A stretch of DNA of 64,000 nt from Minisyncoccia bacterium (GTDB lineage: Bacteria; Patescibacteriota; Minisyncoccia; Phycocordibacterales; CSBR16-119). Each line of letters opens with the position of its first letter. The stretch's first letter is position 1. Under the pieces are notes generated by a model. It was not told the DNA's origin. It made no database searches and was given only the letters and a program-made list of their open reading frames with translations. Where the stretch lies: NCBI GenBank assembly GCA_047619465.1, contig JBLHJW010000001.1, positions 8,911 to 72,910 on the forward strand, written 5' to 3'. Below are positions 9,727 to 23,166 of this stretch, in pieces. The position numbers and the translations under genes were made by a program.

Positions 9727-10496
9727 GTTTTAAGAAGATTTTTAAATAAAATAGCAATTGTTATAGGTCCTATTCCTCCGGGGGTAGGAGTCATGAGGCT
9801 AGATTTCCAATCACAAGAAGGACAAACATCTCCCTCTAGTTTACCAGATCTCTCGCTTGTTCCAGCGTCGATTATTACAACCCCCTTCTTTACCATATCT
9901 CTCTTAAGAAAATGTGGATCCCCTGCCCCGGTTATAATTAAATCTGCATTACTAAACAGCTCCTTTTTTATATTTTCTGGAGTATTAAGAGTCACGACAA
10001 TGTGATCCAGGTCACGTGACTTCAGAACTTCTACAACCGGCAATCCAACTAGCTTACCATCCCCTACGACAACAATCTTTTTATTGTTTAGCTCTACACT
10101 ATGTCTATCCAAGATATCAAATACCGCACCAGCAACAGGATCTACAAAATCTCCACCATTTAAATTGTCTATATCTTTTTCTTTTGGAATACTTGAAAGA
10201 ACCACCCGCTCATCAACCTGCTTAGGAAGTGGCAACTGAACTACGACACCATCAGTTTCTAGATTTTTTAAAGAAAAAAGAACATCTTCTGTGGAGGCAG
10301 ACTCTGGGAGGATTTTTATCCAAACATCAACACCAATATCCTCACCAAAAGTTTTCTTAAGAGAAACAAACTTCTCTGAAGCTGGGTCCTCACCAACCAA
10401 AAGAACACCGAGTGAAGGGGCTTTTTCACACTTTTCGACTAAACCTTTCAGTTCATCTTTTATTTCTTGTTGTATTTTTTTGCCATCTATTAACAT
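9714..10496 (-). CDS. folD: bifunctional methylenetetrahydrofolate dehydrogenase/cyclohydrolase
   Basis: MLIDGK, VGEDPAS, VQLPLP, KDID, VGLP, TPTPGGIGPIT. Confidence 0.93.
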   Translation of the reverse strand: MLIDGKKIQQEIKDELKGLVEKCEKAPSLGVLLVGEDPASEKFVSLKKTFGEDIGVDVWIKILPESASTEDVLFSLKNLETDGVVVQLPLPKQVDERVVLSSIPKEKDIDNLNGGDFVDPVAGAVFDILDRHSVELNNKKIVVVGDGKLVGLPVVEVLKSRDLDHIVVTLNTPENIKKELFSNADLIITGAGDPHFLKRDMVKKGVVIIDAGTSERSGKLEGDVCPSCDWKSSLMTPTPGGIGPITIAILFKNLLKTCTN

Positions 10497-10500
10497 AGTC

Positions 10501-11625
10501 TTAGTATCCCATAAATTCATATTTCATATCGTCTCTGTGTATAGACCTACTGTCTCTTCTCATACTCATAAGTATACCAAGAGCCGCAAATTCTGTTAAT
10601 AAGTGCGATCCCCCATGAGACATGAACGGTAAAGTGATTCCAGTAACAGGCATAAGGCCAATATTCATACCTACGTTAATCGCAATATGAGAGAAAAACA
10701 TTACAGCCACACCAACTCCAAACAGAGTTTCAAAGTTACCTGAGCCGCGTCGAGCATTATCAAGGATTCTCCAGATAATCAACAGGTAAGACAGAATAAC
10801 TATCATAGACCCAATAAATCCCCATTCCTCAGAGAAAGCTGCAAAAATAAAGTCAGTTTCGTATTCTGGAAGAAACTGAAGCCTTGACTGTGTCCCATAC
10901 CCAACACCTTTACCAAACAGCTGGCCTGAACCTACAGCAATAGTTGACTGGTATGCATTGTAACCAGTTCCTTGTATATCTGTTAAAGGACTCAAGAAAC
11001 TTCTAATTCTGTCTTTTTGGTACCCTGCGAATACGAAGGTCCAAAGTAAAGAAAAAGTAAGTATGCCCGCAATTAAAACTAATAGTAAGTGCTTTTTGTT
11101 TATGCCGGAGACAAGCACCATGCCCAGCCACACAAGCAAGATAATCATGGCTGTTCCAAAGTCTGGCTGCAAAAAAACAAGAATAAATGGAAGTGCTGCG
11201 TACAAACCCGAAATAAATACGTGTTTTATATTTGCAATTTCAACATGCCTTCTTGAGAAGTACTTTGCCAGAAGAAGTATCAAGACAACCTTCATCAGGT
11301 CAGACGGCTGAAAAGAGAAAAAACCAAAGTTAAACCAACTTTGAGCACCTTTAATGGTTGAGCCAAAAAAGAAAAGTAATATCAGAAGAAATATAAAGAA
11401 ACCATATATACTCATTAAAACTTTTGTCTTTTTGAAAACACTAAAATCAAAAAAAGATAGTGTGAAAAATACAGAAAAAGATATGCCAATCCAAATCATC
11501 TGCCGCCAAAAAAGACCACCCTCTGCACCAAAAGAAGTCATGGTAACCAAACCAGCTCCTAGTACCGGCAAGATAAACAGAACAAGCATCCAGTCAATAT
11601 GCTTTGTAGAAAATATTTTATTCAT
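10501..11625 (-). CDS. rodA: rod shape-determining SEDS protein RodA
   Basis: GAQSW, FQPSD, QPDFGT, GYNAYQSTIAVGSG, FLPEYETDFIF, PVTGITLPFMSHGGS. Confidence 0.93.
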   Translation of the reverse strand: MNKIFSTKHIDWMLVLFILPVLGAGLVTMTSFGAEGGLFWRQMIWIGISFSVFFTLSFFDFSVFKKTKVLMSIYGFFIFLLILLFFFGSTIKGAQSWFNFGFFSFQPSDLMKVVLILLLAKYFSRRHVEIANIKHVFISGLYAALPFILVFLQPDFGTAMIILLVWLGMVLVSGINKKHLLLVLIAGILTFSLLWTFVFAGYQKDRIRSFLSPLTDIQGTGYNAYQSTIAVGSGQLFGKGVGYGTQSRLQFLPEYETDFIFAAFSEEWGFIGSMIVILSYLLIIWRILDNARRGSGNFETLFGVGVAVMFFSHIAINVGMNIGLMPVTGITLPFMSHGGSHLLTEFAALGILMSMRRDSRSIHRDDMKYEFMGY

Positions 11626-11628
11626 GTT

Positions 11629-12402
11629 TTAATCAAAAAGATAAAGCCTTGGTATAACCTCAATTGAAATGACCTCTTTTTCAAATGCCTCTGGCCAAGT
11701 AAAGTTTATTTTTTTACTAGTTGAACCCGACAACACATCCACGTAAGTAGAGCTTGTATTTATCATGTTTCCGTCTCTGTCATAAAGGATGGCAACTACA
11801 TCAAAACCCTTTACATCTAACAGAGTTCCATTCTCTAGTGTCACTTCTAGTAGGGGTTTTGTTCCCTCATTTTTTAGATTCCTATCTCTAACAACAACAG
11901 AAACGTTCGACAATTCCCTTGATCCAATCTTGATCCATTGAGGATTTTTATCTAGAAACTCAAAAGCTACTCGAGCTGGCTCTCTATTTCCTACGTCTAT
12001 AGCGCCTTCAAAAACAGCTGTGTTAGCGTTTGCATCTATAAAGGTTGAACCCCTCCTTCTCTGAATAAGAAGATTATTTTCATCATACAACTTAAATTCA
12101 TACCTAATAAAGGCAACCCCAGCAAAAGGATTTGGGTTCTGAATATAGGCTATAGCATTATGCCGCCCAGGTATGATTTCCTCTGAATTAGACCAAAGGA
12201 CAATCATCTCCTCTGCTTGCTCTTGGCAAACAAGCTGACAATCCCCACCACAATCAATTCCAAATTCTTCACCATTTTTCTGACCATCAAAACATGTTGG
12301 TTCTTTGGTGATATAAGGCCAAACAAGATAAAAAACAAGAAGAATAATCAATCCAATAAATACTCCAAATATTCTTATTTGATGCTTCTGTGCCCAATTC
12401 AT
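11629..12402 (-). CDS. hypothetical membrane-anchored protein with a CFDGxKNGxExGIDCGGxC motif
   Basis: N-terminal TM, Cys-rich motif of a kind common in CPR proteins, beta-rich domains. Confidence 0.75.
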   Translation of the reverse strand: MNWAQKHQIRIFGVFIGLIILLVFYLVWPYITKEPTCFDGQKNGEEFGIDCGGDCQLVCQEQAEEMIVLWSNSEEIIPGRHNAIAYIQNPNPFAGVAFIRYEFKLYDENNLLIQRRRGSTFIDANANTAVFEGAIDVGNREPARVAFEFLDKNPQWIKIGSRELSNVSVVVRDRNLKNEGTKPLLEVTLENGTLLDVKGFDVVAILYDRDGNMINTSSTYVDVLSGSTSKKINFTWPEAFEKEVISIEVIPRLYLFD

Positions 12403-12432
12403 TCATACAGTATAGCCTAGAATCTACAAAAC

Positions 12433-12460
12433 AAAAAACAGCTCGTTCGAGCTGTTTTTT
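12433..12460 (-). terminator. rRNA unit terminator
   Basis: AAAAAACAGCTCG-TT-CGAGCTGTTTTTT just downstream of 5S. Confidence 0.75.
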
Positions 12461-12480
12461 GTTTACTTTTCAATTCATTG

Positions 12481-12590
12481 TCCTGGCGATGACCTACTTT
12501 CCCCATTAAGAGAGTATCATCAGCTCACGAGGGCTTAACTTCCGTATTCGGAATGAGAACGGGTGTGGCCCCTCCGATAAATCACCAGGA
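12481..12590 (-). rRNA. rrf: 5S rRNA
   Basis: Reverse complement TCCTGGTGATTTATCGGAGGGGCCACACCCGTTCTCATTCCGAATACGGAAGTTAAG...GTAGGTCATCGCCAGGA, with a terminal helix. Confidence 0.95.
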
Positions 12591-13151
12591 CAATAAATTC
12601 AAAAATTTTGAACCACCAAGGAATATCTCCCTGGTGGATTTTTGGTGAGCAAAACACAAAACCTACAGATAGCACGTAGCTCTCTACTGGGCCTTCTATA
12701 CCCCTAAAGCGATAACTCAACCAAAGCTAAAACTATGAATCACCTTTTAAGAGAAAAGATTTTCATACAATCAACTTATAACGGTTAAGAACAATCCAGA
12801 GCTAAATCAACATTACTGTTGTCGTTATTCGCAAATCCTCTATGTTTCCACTTCTGAATCTGCAATGTTCTAAATTTCACGCCCTCTCGGTTACCGTGTC
12901 TCCTCCGAGACCCCTCATAAACCAACTTCTGGTTTGTGTATTTGCTCACCACCCAAGCAGCTGTCATAAAAACAACTGACGGGTTAATGTCTTTTAAATC
13001 TTAACTGGTATTTTTATAATATATGGAGAATTTCTCCATATATTACCTTCGCTCGAGTATTATGAAAATAAATTTTCAAATACTTCTCGCTTGTTAATAT
13101 AAGCATTTTTACCATCTAAAAGCAGAGCTCTTGTAACTCGCTACCTTACGC

Positions 13152-16656
<3,505 letters not shown>

Positions 16657-17045
16657 AGGAAAGCATAAAGTTACGAGTTAATTTCTTAACTTGATTTTGC
16701 TCACTACCACTAGCGAGACTTCATTCTACAATTGCTCTTAAACTTATTCCTGCCATGGAATAAGTTTATTCTTTTAGATGGTAAAAATACTTATATTTAC
16801 ATATTTTACCCCGAATTGTTTCTCTCAAAACAATTCTTAGTTAGATTTTAAAAGACGTCTATTATCAAAATGATAATAGACATATTTGTATTTAGTTTTC
16901 AAATAACTAGCATTTATTCTTTCCCAATTCAGAAAAGAAAAAATCCGCTATTTGCAAGCGGGTTGTACAACATTAAATAATGTCTCTACTGTTACAACAC
17001 CCACTAACAAAAATGATTTTTTGTGATTCCGAACACGTAAGGACT

Positions 17046-17073
17046 AGTATAGTCAGACAGAGAAAAAAGTCAA
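17046..17073 (-). promoter_or_regulatory. rRNA promoter
   Basis: TTGACT-N16-TATACT on the minus strand, about 390 nt upstream of 23S. Confidence 0.7.
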
Positions 17074-17172
17074 GCCCCTAATAAATAGATTTTAGGGTAA
17101 AACCATTTTCTTGGTTAAGGGTCAAAATTACTATACTTTAAGGCTTTAAAATAAGACTTATAATCAATATCG

Positions 17173-17228
17173 TCTTTGCTAGGAGGTGTGATGAAGCAGT
17201 CCAGGATTTTGCCATTCTATCGCAGACG
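17173..17228. repeat. degenerate CGTC-type REP-like palindromic units
   Basis: GTCTTTGCTAGGAG...GAAGCAGTCCAG followed by GATTTTGCC...TCGCAGACG, resembling the units at 32237-32870. Confidence 0.5.
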
Positions 17229-17354
17229 TAAATCTATACAATAATTCTTTTTTCTTGCCAAAAAAAAGGAGGGGGTCGGCTTTATTAATCCAAAACAAAA
17301 AACCGCTTTCGCGGTTTTTTTAGGCGTAGCATCTAGTATCTAGTTAGATACTAA

Positions 17355-18044
17355 TTACTCTTTGTGTGATACAGAATCACTAGCTTTGTTCAGAACCTTT
17401 GTGGCTACTTCTTTTCCTCCAAGACCAAACGCAAGTCCACCAGCTAGTGCTAGCATTGCGATGATTCCTGTAAATAGGATTTGCATAAATGCTGGTGCAA
17501 TTCCAAGCTCAGAAAGAGCAATGATAATTGCAAAAATCCAGATTGCCCACTTTGCCATAGAACCAGCAAAGTGTGCTGACTTGATTCCCATAGCTTTTGC
17601 AGAACCTTCCACAACGCTTCTCGTAGCATCTGAAATAACTGTTGCGAAAACAATTATAAGTGACGCGATGATTACTTGTGGCAAATATCCAAGAACAACA
17701 TTTCCTAGGAAGATGTTAACTTGGGATAGACCCATAACCTCAAGTGAAGTCATAAGGAATACGATGATTAGGAACCACTTCACAACTTCACCGATAAACT
17801 GACTTAGTGAGAACTTGAATCCAGCTCTCTTGAAGATCTTATCTGCTCCAACTTTGCTAAATAATTCATCAAGTTTAACAGCTGCGAAGACCTGTGCGAT
17901 TGCCTTACCGACAACAGCTCCAATAGCCCAACCAATAACAAAAATAATCAATGCAACAAGAAGCTTTGGAATAAATCCCACGGCTCCTAGCCACAAACCT
18001 TGTAGAGATGCACTAAACACCTCAGCCCATGATTGAAATAACAT
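17355..18044 (-). CDS. conserved TM-helix repeat protein (MscS TM/CmpX-like)
   Basis: FIPKLLVALIIFVIGW, YLPQVI, LAGGLAFGLGGKE. Confidence 0.85.
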   Translation of the reverse strand: MLFQSWAEVFSASLQGLWLGAVGFIPKLLVALIIFVIGWAIGAVVGKAIAQVFAAVKLDELFSKVGADKIFKRAGFKFSLSQFIGEVVKWFLIIVFLMTSLEVMGLSQVNIFLGNVVLGYLPQVIIASLIIVFATVISDATRSVVEGSAKAMGIKSAHFAGSMAKWAIWIFAIIIALSELGIAPAFMQILFTGIIAMLALAGGLAFGLGGKEVATKVLNKASDSVSHKE

Positions 18045-18159
18045 ATATAGATATATAGATATTAATTAATAATGTAAGAAGCCAAGGGCTCCGTATACCT
18101 ATACATTGTACAACGAAAAAGCACCCTTAATAAGGGTGCTTGTGGATAAAAACTATTAA

Positions 18160-18837
18160 TTAAGCTCTGTCTCCCATTTCTAAGTTAAAACCAGGAGAAA
18201 CAATAACTTTTTCGTGAGGAAATTCTAGTATGTCGCAAACAAGCTTGTCGTACATGTCCACTCTATACTTGAAGTCTTCAGCTGTAAATATCGCATAGTC
18301 TATTTCTGTCCCCAGCTCTGATTCCAAACGCAAAACAATATCTTCAATTGTTTTCTTTTTTAAATCATCACCAACAATCAAGAGATCTATTCTACTTTCT
18401 TCATCTTGAATAAACACACCCGCAGCTAGTAATAGTTTGATCTTACCAACATTCTTAAACTTCACAGCTAGGTCTTCACGGACCAGGGTTTCTGTTTCGA
18501 TAAGGAGAGCTTGAAGAGGTCTAAGGTAGATAAATTTTTCATTAATAATCCACCCATTACATTTCTTTTTTATAATTGTGGGATCTTTGTCAACAACCCT
18601 TCTACGAGAGTCAGTCTTACTATTTCTTGCTGGCTTTATCACATCTTTAATAAAAGTCTTTGTTTTAAGAAAACCAATAGATTTCAAAAGGTTTACTTCT
18701 ACTTTTGCAGAAGATGATTTTACTCTTGATTTATCAATAATATCATCCAAGTCAAAAGCCTCATCTTTATTCATAAGAAAAAGGCGCATTACTTTTACCA
18801 AAGCGTCGCTACTAAATAGTTTTCCGAGTATTTCCAT
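18160..18837 (-). CDS. conserved hypothetical: N-terminal wHTH plus nucleotidyltransferase-like C-terminal domain
   Basis: LGKLFSS..VKVMRLF, GVF...SRIDLLIVGD, EIDYAIFT..F.YR. Start placed at MEILG (TATACT lies 6 nt upstream). Confidence 0.7.
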   Translation of the reverse strand: MEILGKLFSSDALVKVMRLFLMNKDEAFDLDDIIDKSRVKSSSAKVEVNLLKSIGFLKTKTFIKDVIKPARNSKTDSRRRVVDKDPTIIKKKCNGWIINEKFIYLRPLQALLIETETLVREDLAVKFKNVGKIKLLLAAGVFIQDEESRIDLLIVGDDLKKKTIEDIVLRLESELGTEIDYAIFTAEDFKYRVDMYDKLVCDILEFPHEKVIVSPGFNLEMGDRA

Positions 18838-18983
18838 GGACATAGTATAGAGAATTACCCAGGATATATCAAGTAACACCCCAGGGTGTCATATCTTGAA
18901 TAAAATAAATTTATCACACCCCTGTGGTTCACCTTAAACAAAAAACACCCATTTCTGGGTGCTTTTTTGAATTAAAGTAAAAC

Positions 18984-19493
18984 TTATTTAAGCTCTGCTT
19001 TTCCTCCTGCTTCTTCGATTTTCTTCTTAAGCTCTTCAGCTTCTTCTTTCTTTAGACCCTCCTTAAGAACTGTTGGAGCCGATTCTACAAGTTCTTTAGC
19101 CTCTTTTAGACCTAGACCTAGAGCTTCCTTAACAACCTTCATAACAGGAATCTTTGACTCCCCAAAGCTTGATAGTTCAACGTTGAACTCTGTTTGCTCT
19201 TCAGCCTCTTCTCCAGATCCTGCTCCTCCAGCAGCAGCAACAGCTGAAGCTGAAACTCCGAACTTAGCCTCAAAAAGCTTTACAAGCTCATTCAAGTCAA
19301 GAACTGACATTTCTTCAATAGCATCTACAATAGCTTTGAACTTTGCAGGTACTTCTACATCGGCTCCAGCTTCTGCTGGTGCTTCAGCTGCGGGTGCAGC
19401 TTCTTCTTTCTTTTCTTCAACAGCAGGAGCTTCAGTAGCTGGTGCTTCTGTTGCCTCTACTACTTCTTCTGTCTTTTTTGTATCGTCTGACAT
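18984..19493 (-). CDS. rplL: 50S ribosomal protein L7/L12 with an acidic N-terminal extension
   Basis: [42 protein letters not shown]. Confidence 0.96.
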   Translation of the reverse strand: MSDDTKKTEEVVEATEAPATEAPAVEEKKEEAAPAAEAPAEAGADVEVPAKFKAIVDAIEEMSVLDLNELVKLFEAKFGVSASAVAAAGGAGSGEEAEEQTEFNVELSSFGESKIPVMKVVKEALGLGLKEAKELVESAPTVLKEGLKKEEAEELKKKIEEAGGKAELK

Positions 19494-19519
19494 AATAGTT
19501 TATTAATTCAATTAATTGA

Positions 19520-20008
19520 TTAAGCTTTTTTCTCAGCTATCTGACCAAGAGCGATAACGAATCGCTGAATTGGTGAGTTTATAATATTTACAAACATTCC
19601 TCGAAGTTGATCTGTTGGTGGGATTGTTGCGATTTCCATCATCTCAAGTTGAGATAGTAGTCTTCCTTCAAATAATCCTCCTTTTATTTCAATCTTGTCT
19701 TTGTGTGTTTTCTGGAATTCATAAACACCTCGAGCTGGAGCCGTAAGATCTTCCCCATAGGCAAGAGCAACTGTTCCCTCTATTACTGGCATCTCTCCTT
19801 CGAAACCTCCTTCTGAAAAAGCTTTTTTAAGTAGAGTTTTTTTCACAACATGGTATGAAGTAGAATCTGCTCGTAAACTTTTTCGAAGCTCAGTTTCATC
19901 TAGAACTGAAAGTCCATTAAATGACACAAAAACAGCTGAACCAGCATTTTTTGCAACTTCTGAAAGATTGTCTAATACTTCTTTCTTTTGCAATTTGGTT
20001 TTTGCCAT
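19520..20008 (-). CDS. rplJ: 50S ribosomal protein L10
   Basis: MAKTKLQKKE, GLSV..ETELRK.LR, VVKKTL; upstream of rplL. Confidence 0.93.
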   Translation of the reverse strand: MAKTKLQKKEVLDNLSEVAKNAGSAVFVSFNGLSVLDETELRKSLRADSTSYHVVKKTLLKKAFSEGGFEGEMPVIEGTVALAYGEDLTAPARGVYEFQKTHKDKIEIKGGLFEGRLLSQLEMMEIATIPPTDQLRGMFVNIINSPIQRFVIALGQIAEKKA

Positions 20009-20022
20009 ATAGTTTTTTGTTT

Positions 20023-20086
20023 TATTAAGACAATCGAGGAGCATAATCACTGCTTGAATAAATTATGTCCGAGCGAAATCTTAATA
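20023..20086 (+). repeat. interrupted-hairpin repeat element (CAAxCGAG / CGAGCGAA loops)
   Basis: Both arms nearly identical to 36661-36718; related to the reverse complement of 13040-13100. Confidence 0.75.
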
Positions 20087-20105
20087 TACATTTTATATTT
20101 TAAAT

Positions 20106-20217
20106 TAAAAAAACGACGTAAGAACGCGTTTTTTCTTTGTGCCTTGCACAGAAAATAGGTTCGACCTCGACGAGACCTCTGTTCTAGTAAGCTAGAACTG
20201 CTCGTTTTCTACGGTTC
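20106..20217 (-). promoter_or_regulatory. L10 leader (rplJ-rplL autoregulatory RNA)
   Basis: Minus strand ACCGUAGAAAACGAG...CUCGUCGAGGU resembles the ACCGxAGA...CGAGG core of L10 leaders; followed by a hairpin and U-tract upstream of rplJ. Confidence 0.65.
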
Positions 20218-20334
20218 TTACAAATGAGATATTAGCTAAATTATAAAAATTTGTCAACAGCCCAAATAAGAATTAAACTTCCCCCTATTATAAATCCAAA
20301 CCTAAGTAACATTTTGAAAAAATGATACATGTTT

Positions 20335-21003
20335 TTAGAGTTCCTCTTGTAAGGATTCTATTTCAGAGTTGTAAATATCAGACCTTTCTGGGTCTATAGC
20401 AAGGGCTTTTTCTAGATAAGATATAGCTTCTTGATAAAAATCATTACCACCTAGATAACTAGCATATCCTGTATACATATCTATAAGGTGATTCATGCCT
20501 ATTGTGCTTGCAACAGATTCTATTCTAGTGATCCCTTCTTCATACACACTTCTAATCATAGAGTCGTCTACTTTTGAGTGAATCAATGTTGTTAAATAAG
20601 CTCTCCAGTATTTTGATTCTAAATTACCAAAAGTATATACAACTTCATATAGCGCATCTCTCTTGCCGGCTATGTCACCAGTAAAATCATGTATCGAGCT
20701 TATTGTTATGTAGGCCTGGAATCCGTTGTATAGACTTATAGCCTCTCCAGTTTTTTGCAGTGCTTCGTTGTATTTTTTGTCACGAGTTAGATCACGAGCA
20801 TCAGAGAGTAAATCAAAATATTCATTTGGAGCATTCGCTTCCACCTCTACACCATCTAAACCTTCTTCTGTACTTGTAGCTGTCACATCTTCAACGTCTG
20901 TTATTATTTCTGTTTTTGGATTTTTGTTTATACTAAATAATATAACCGCTAAAACCACAGCAGAAACAAATGTACCTATATAAATCCAGTCTTTTTTATT
21001 CAT
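20335..21003 (-). CDS. membrane-anchored TPR-repeat protein
   Basis: N-terminal TM, YNEALQK..EAI, YQEAISYLEKALAIDP. Confidence 0.75.
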   Translation of the reverse strand: MNKKDWIYIGTFVSAVVLAVILFSINKNPKTEIITDVEDVTATSTEEGLDGVEVEANAPNEYFDLLSDARDLTRDKKYNEALQKTGEAISLYNGFQAYITISSIHDFTGDIAGKRDALYEVVYTFGNLESKYWRAYLTTLIHSKVDDSMIRSVYEEGITRIESVASTIGMNHLIDMYTGYASYLGGNDFYQEAISYLEKALAIDPERSDIYNSEIESLQEEL

Positions 21004-21164
21004 AATTTTTAGTGAAGAGTGATTAGGAGCTTTGCTTATAAATCGTCTGAATTAAAATGGATCAAATCTAATGAGAGAAGACACCTCGGGGTAGACAGAA
21101 TTATATGATGCAAGCAAAGCGAGTACTCTTATAAATAAATTATACTATTTATTTATTAGAAACG

Positions 21165-23120
21165 CTATTCGTACTGAGCCAGCACAGCTGCCGCAGTCTT
21201 TGCTGTTGGAGCAAAGTCATAGGCAATCTTTGCAAGCCGATATGCTTCTTCTCTGTTCCCCATAGAATTCTCAACAGAAGCCAGCGTCCAGTAGCCAAGC
21301 TGATGCTCTGGACTTATCTCTATAGCAAGACTTGCATATCTATGTGCTTTTTCTACATACAACTCTTTTGATTCTCCTTGAGCCATACCTGAACTAAACA
21401 GTGCCGTCCTGGCGATAGTCACACTTGTACGTAAATCATCTGGATGTATAACCATAGACTTTTCCATTTCCTCAATAAAAACATCTTGAACATGCATAAC
21501 ATTTTCAGGGTATCTCGCTATTATCTGAGGGAATTGCACAATTTGGCCTCTCCACATTTCGGCGAGAAGTTTTATCTTTTCTGTCTCTCCAACTCTACTG
21601 CTTTGAACTTTAGAGATCAGTCTGTCCGTTGCTTCTGCAGAGGTTATAAACTCACCTTTAGAAAAGTTTATTGTTGCATTAGATGAGCCGTATGGAATGA
21701 ATACAAAAAATATCAAGCAAGCCAGCAGGCCAAATCCAGCTACAGATTGACCCACCCCCTCTTTCCAAAATTTTCCTGGAGCCTGGATTTCCTTTCCTCC
21801 TCGGCTTGCAACAAAAGCAAAAATTAAAGTAAACAACTGATATGTTGTAACAGTGTCAAACACTGTTAGGTTCTGAAGCAGGTGAATAATCAAAAGAACT
21901 GATGGAATAAAACTCTCCCAGAAATCTGCCTCACCTCTTCGATACCTCCTCCACAAGAAAATCAGTGCCAACACATACATTGAAGCAAACGACAGTGCCC
22001 CCAGAGATCCTGTTGTAGCCAGAATCTCATAACCAACACTGTGAGCTTTGTCCATCCAGTCATCCCCACCAAACTCAGCGGTAAGAAACTCTGGCTGATA
22101 AAAATCTTGATAAACATAGGTAAAGGTCCCTATCCCATAGCCAAGTAAAGGTCTAGTCTTCCAAGCGCTCACAGCACTCTCCCAAACCAAGACCCTAGAC
22201 TTCGACGCCTGAGCTGAAAGAAAATTTCTAACGGGAGAATTTGAAATAAAGAACATCACGACCGTCGAAAGAAAAACAATCGCAGTCAAAATAAGTAGAA
22301 TTTTTGAAGCTTGTTTAATAAACTTCTTTTTTGTATAAACAAAGCATCCTCCTAGAGCCATAGCGCCCATTCCCAGATAAAGAGAAATACTAGCGGCTCT
22401 AGCCTGACCAAGAATCAGTAACGGGTTTTTAAAGATATCAAAAAATCCATTTTTGCCATTCCATATCCTAGCCCCAAAGAATATAGGAGTTATAAAAATT
22501 GTTATCATCATGATGGCTAAAACACCTCTACTCTTATATTCTTCAATCCATAGATAGGCCATTAAGAAGAAACTTATCAACAAATATGAACCAGCAAAGG
22601 AAGTATTCCCGATGAGAGATCCTGCTCCCTTAGAAATGTCCATAAGGCCAAATCCGTCGCTACCTAGAATAGCAATCGAGGCTATTATCGTTGCCGAAAT
22701 ACTATTGGACCAAAAAACCTCTAACCAGTCTCTCTTGTCTTTAAAAACAGAACTTGCAACAACAAACAAAGCTCCCAAGTGAAGCCATGTCAGAGCTCCG
22801 TTCATTCTTTCAAAATTGGACCAGAATGAAAGGGATGGATCTACACTGAAAAAAGAAGACAGTAAAACCACAAAGATAAATATCAGGAAACTACCGGAGA
22901 CAACATTTAACCTAAAAACAACCTCCTTTTTAACAAGAAAAGCATACAACCAAAGAAAGAAGACGATCTCAATAAACAAATAGATGACCAACGTCTTAAA
23001 AGATATAAAAGGATATAGCGTGCTTTTTGCTATATAGGTAATAGGCAATAAAAAAACAGACCAAGATATCAATCTTTTGATCCATGTTGATAGTGTTGAG
23101 TTCGATGTCTGAAAAGCCAT
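21165..23120 (-). CDS. O-antigen ligase (Wzy_C/WaaL-like) with C-terminal TPR
   Basis: Multi-TM, SLIGN, SRVLVWESA, RPLLGYG.GTF, DKAHS. Start placed at MAFQTS to avoid overlap with the divergent gene. Confidence 0.85.
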   Translation of the reverse strand: MAFQTSNSTLSTWIKRLISWSVFLLPITYIAKSTLYPFISFKTLVIYLFIEIVFFLWLYAFLVKKEVVFRLNVVSGSFLIFIFVVLLSSFFSVDPSLSFWSNFERMNGALTWLHLGALFVVASSVFKDKRDWLEVFWSNSISATIIASIAILGSDGFGLMDISKGAGSLIGNTSFAGSYLLISFFLMAYLWIEEYKSRGVLAIMMITIFITPIFFGARIWNGKNGFFDIFKNPLLILGQARAASISLYLGMGAMALGGCFVYTKKKFIKQASKILLILTAIVFLSTVVMFFISNSPVRNFLSAQASKSRVLVWESAVSAWKTRPLLGYGIGTFTYVYQDFYQPEFLTAEFGGDDWMDKAHSVGYEILATTGSLGALSFASMYVLALIFLWRRYRRGEADFWESFIPSVLLIIHLLQNLTVFDTVTTYQLFTLIFAFVASRGGKEIQAPGKFWKEGVGQSVAGFGLLACLIFFVFIPYGSSNATINFSKGEFITSAEATDRLISKVQSSRVGETEKIKLLAEMWRGQIVQFPQIIARYPENVMHVQDVFIEEMEKSMVIHPDDLRTSVTIARTALFSSGMAQGESKELYVEKAHRYASLAIEISPEHQLGYWTLASVENSMGNREEAYRLAKIAYDFAPTAKTAAAVLAQYE

Positions 23121-23166
23121 ATATTCACGTGCAAAAATTGCAAAAACGTAGTATACATAGGATATC

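Noticed and set aside
12535-12967. 61-aa and 60-aa ORFs in the 23S-5S spacer and 5S
   Set aside because: One overlaps 5S, and neither has recognisable motifs or translation signals.
16657-17300. tRNA or 16S rRNA upstream of 23S
   Set aside because: No cloverleaf/TTCGA arm or 16S motifs seen; no tRNA gene was recognised anywhere in the window.
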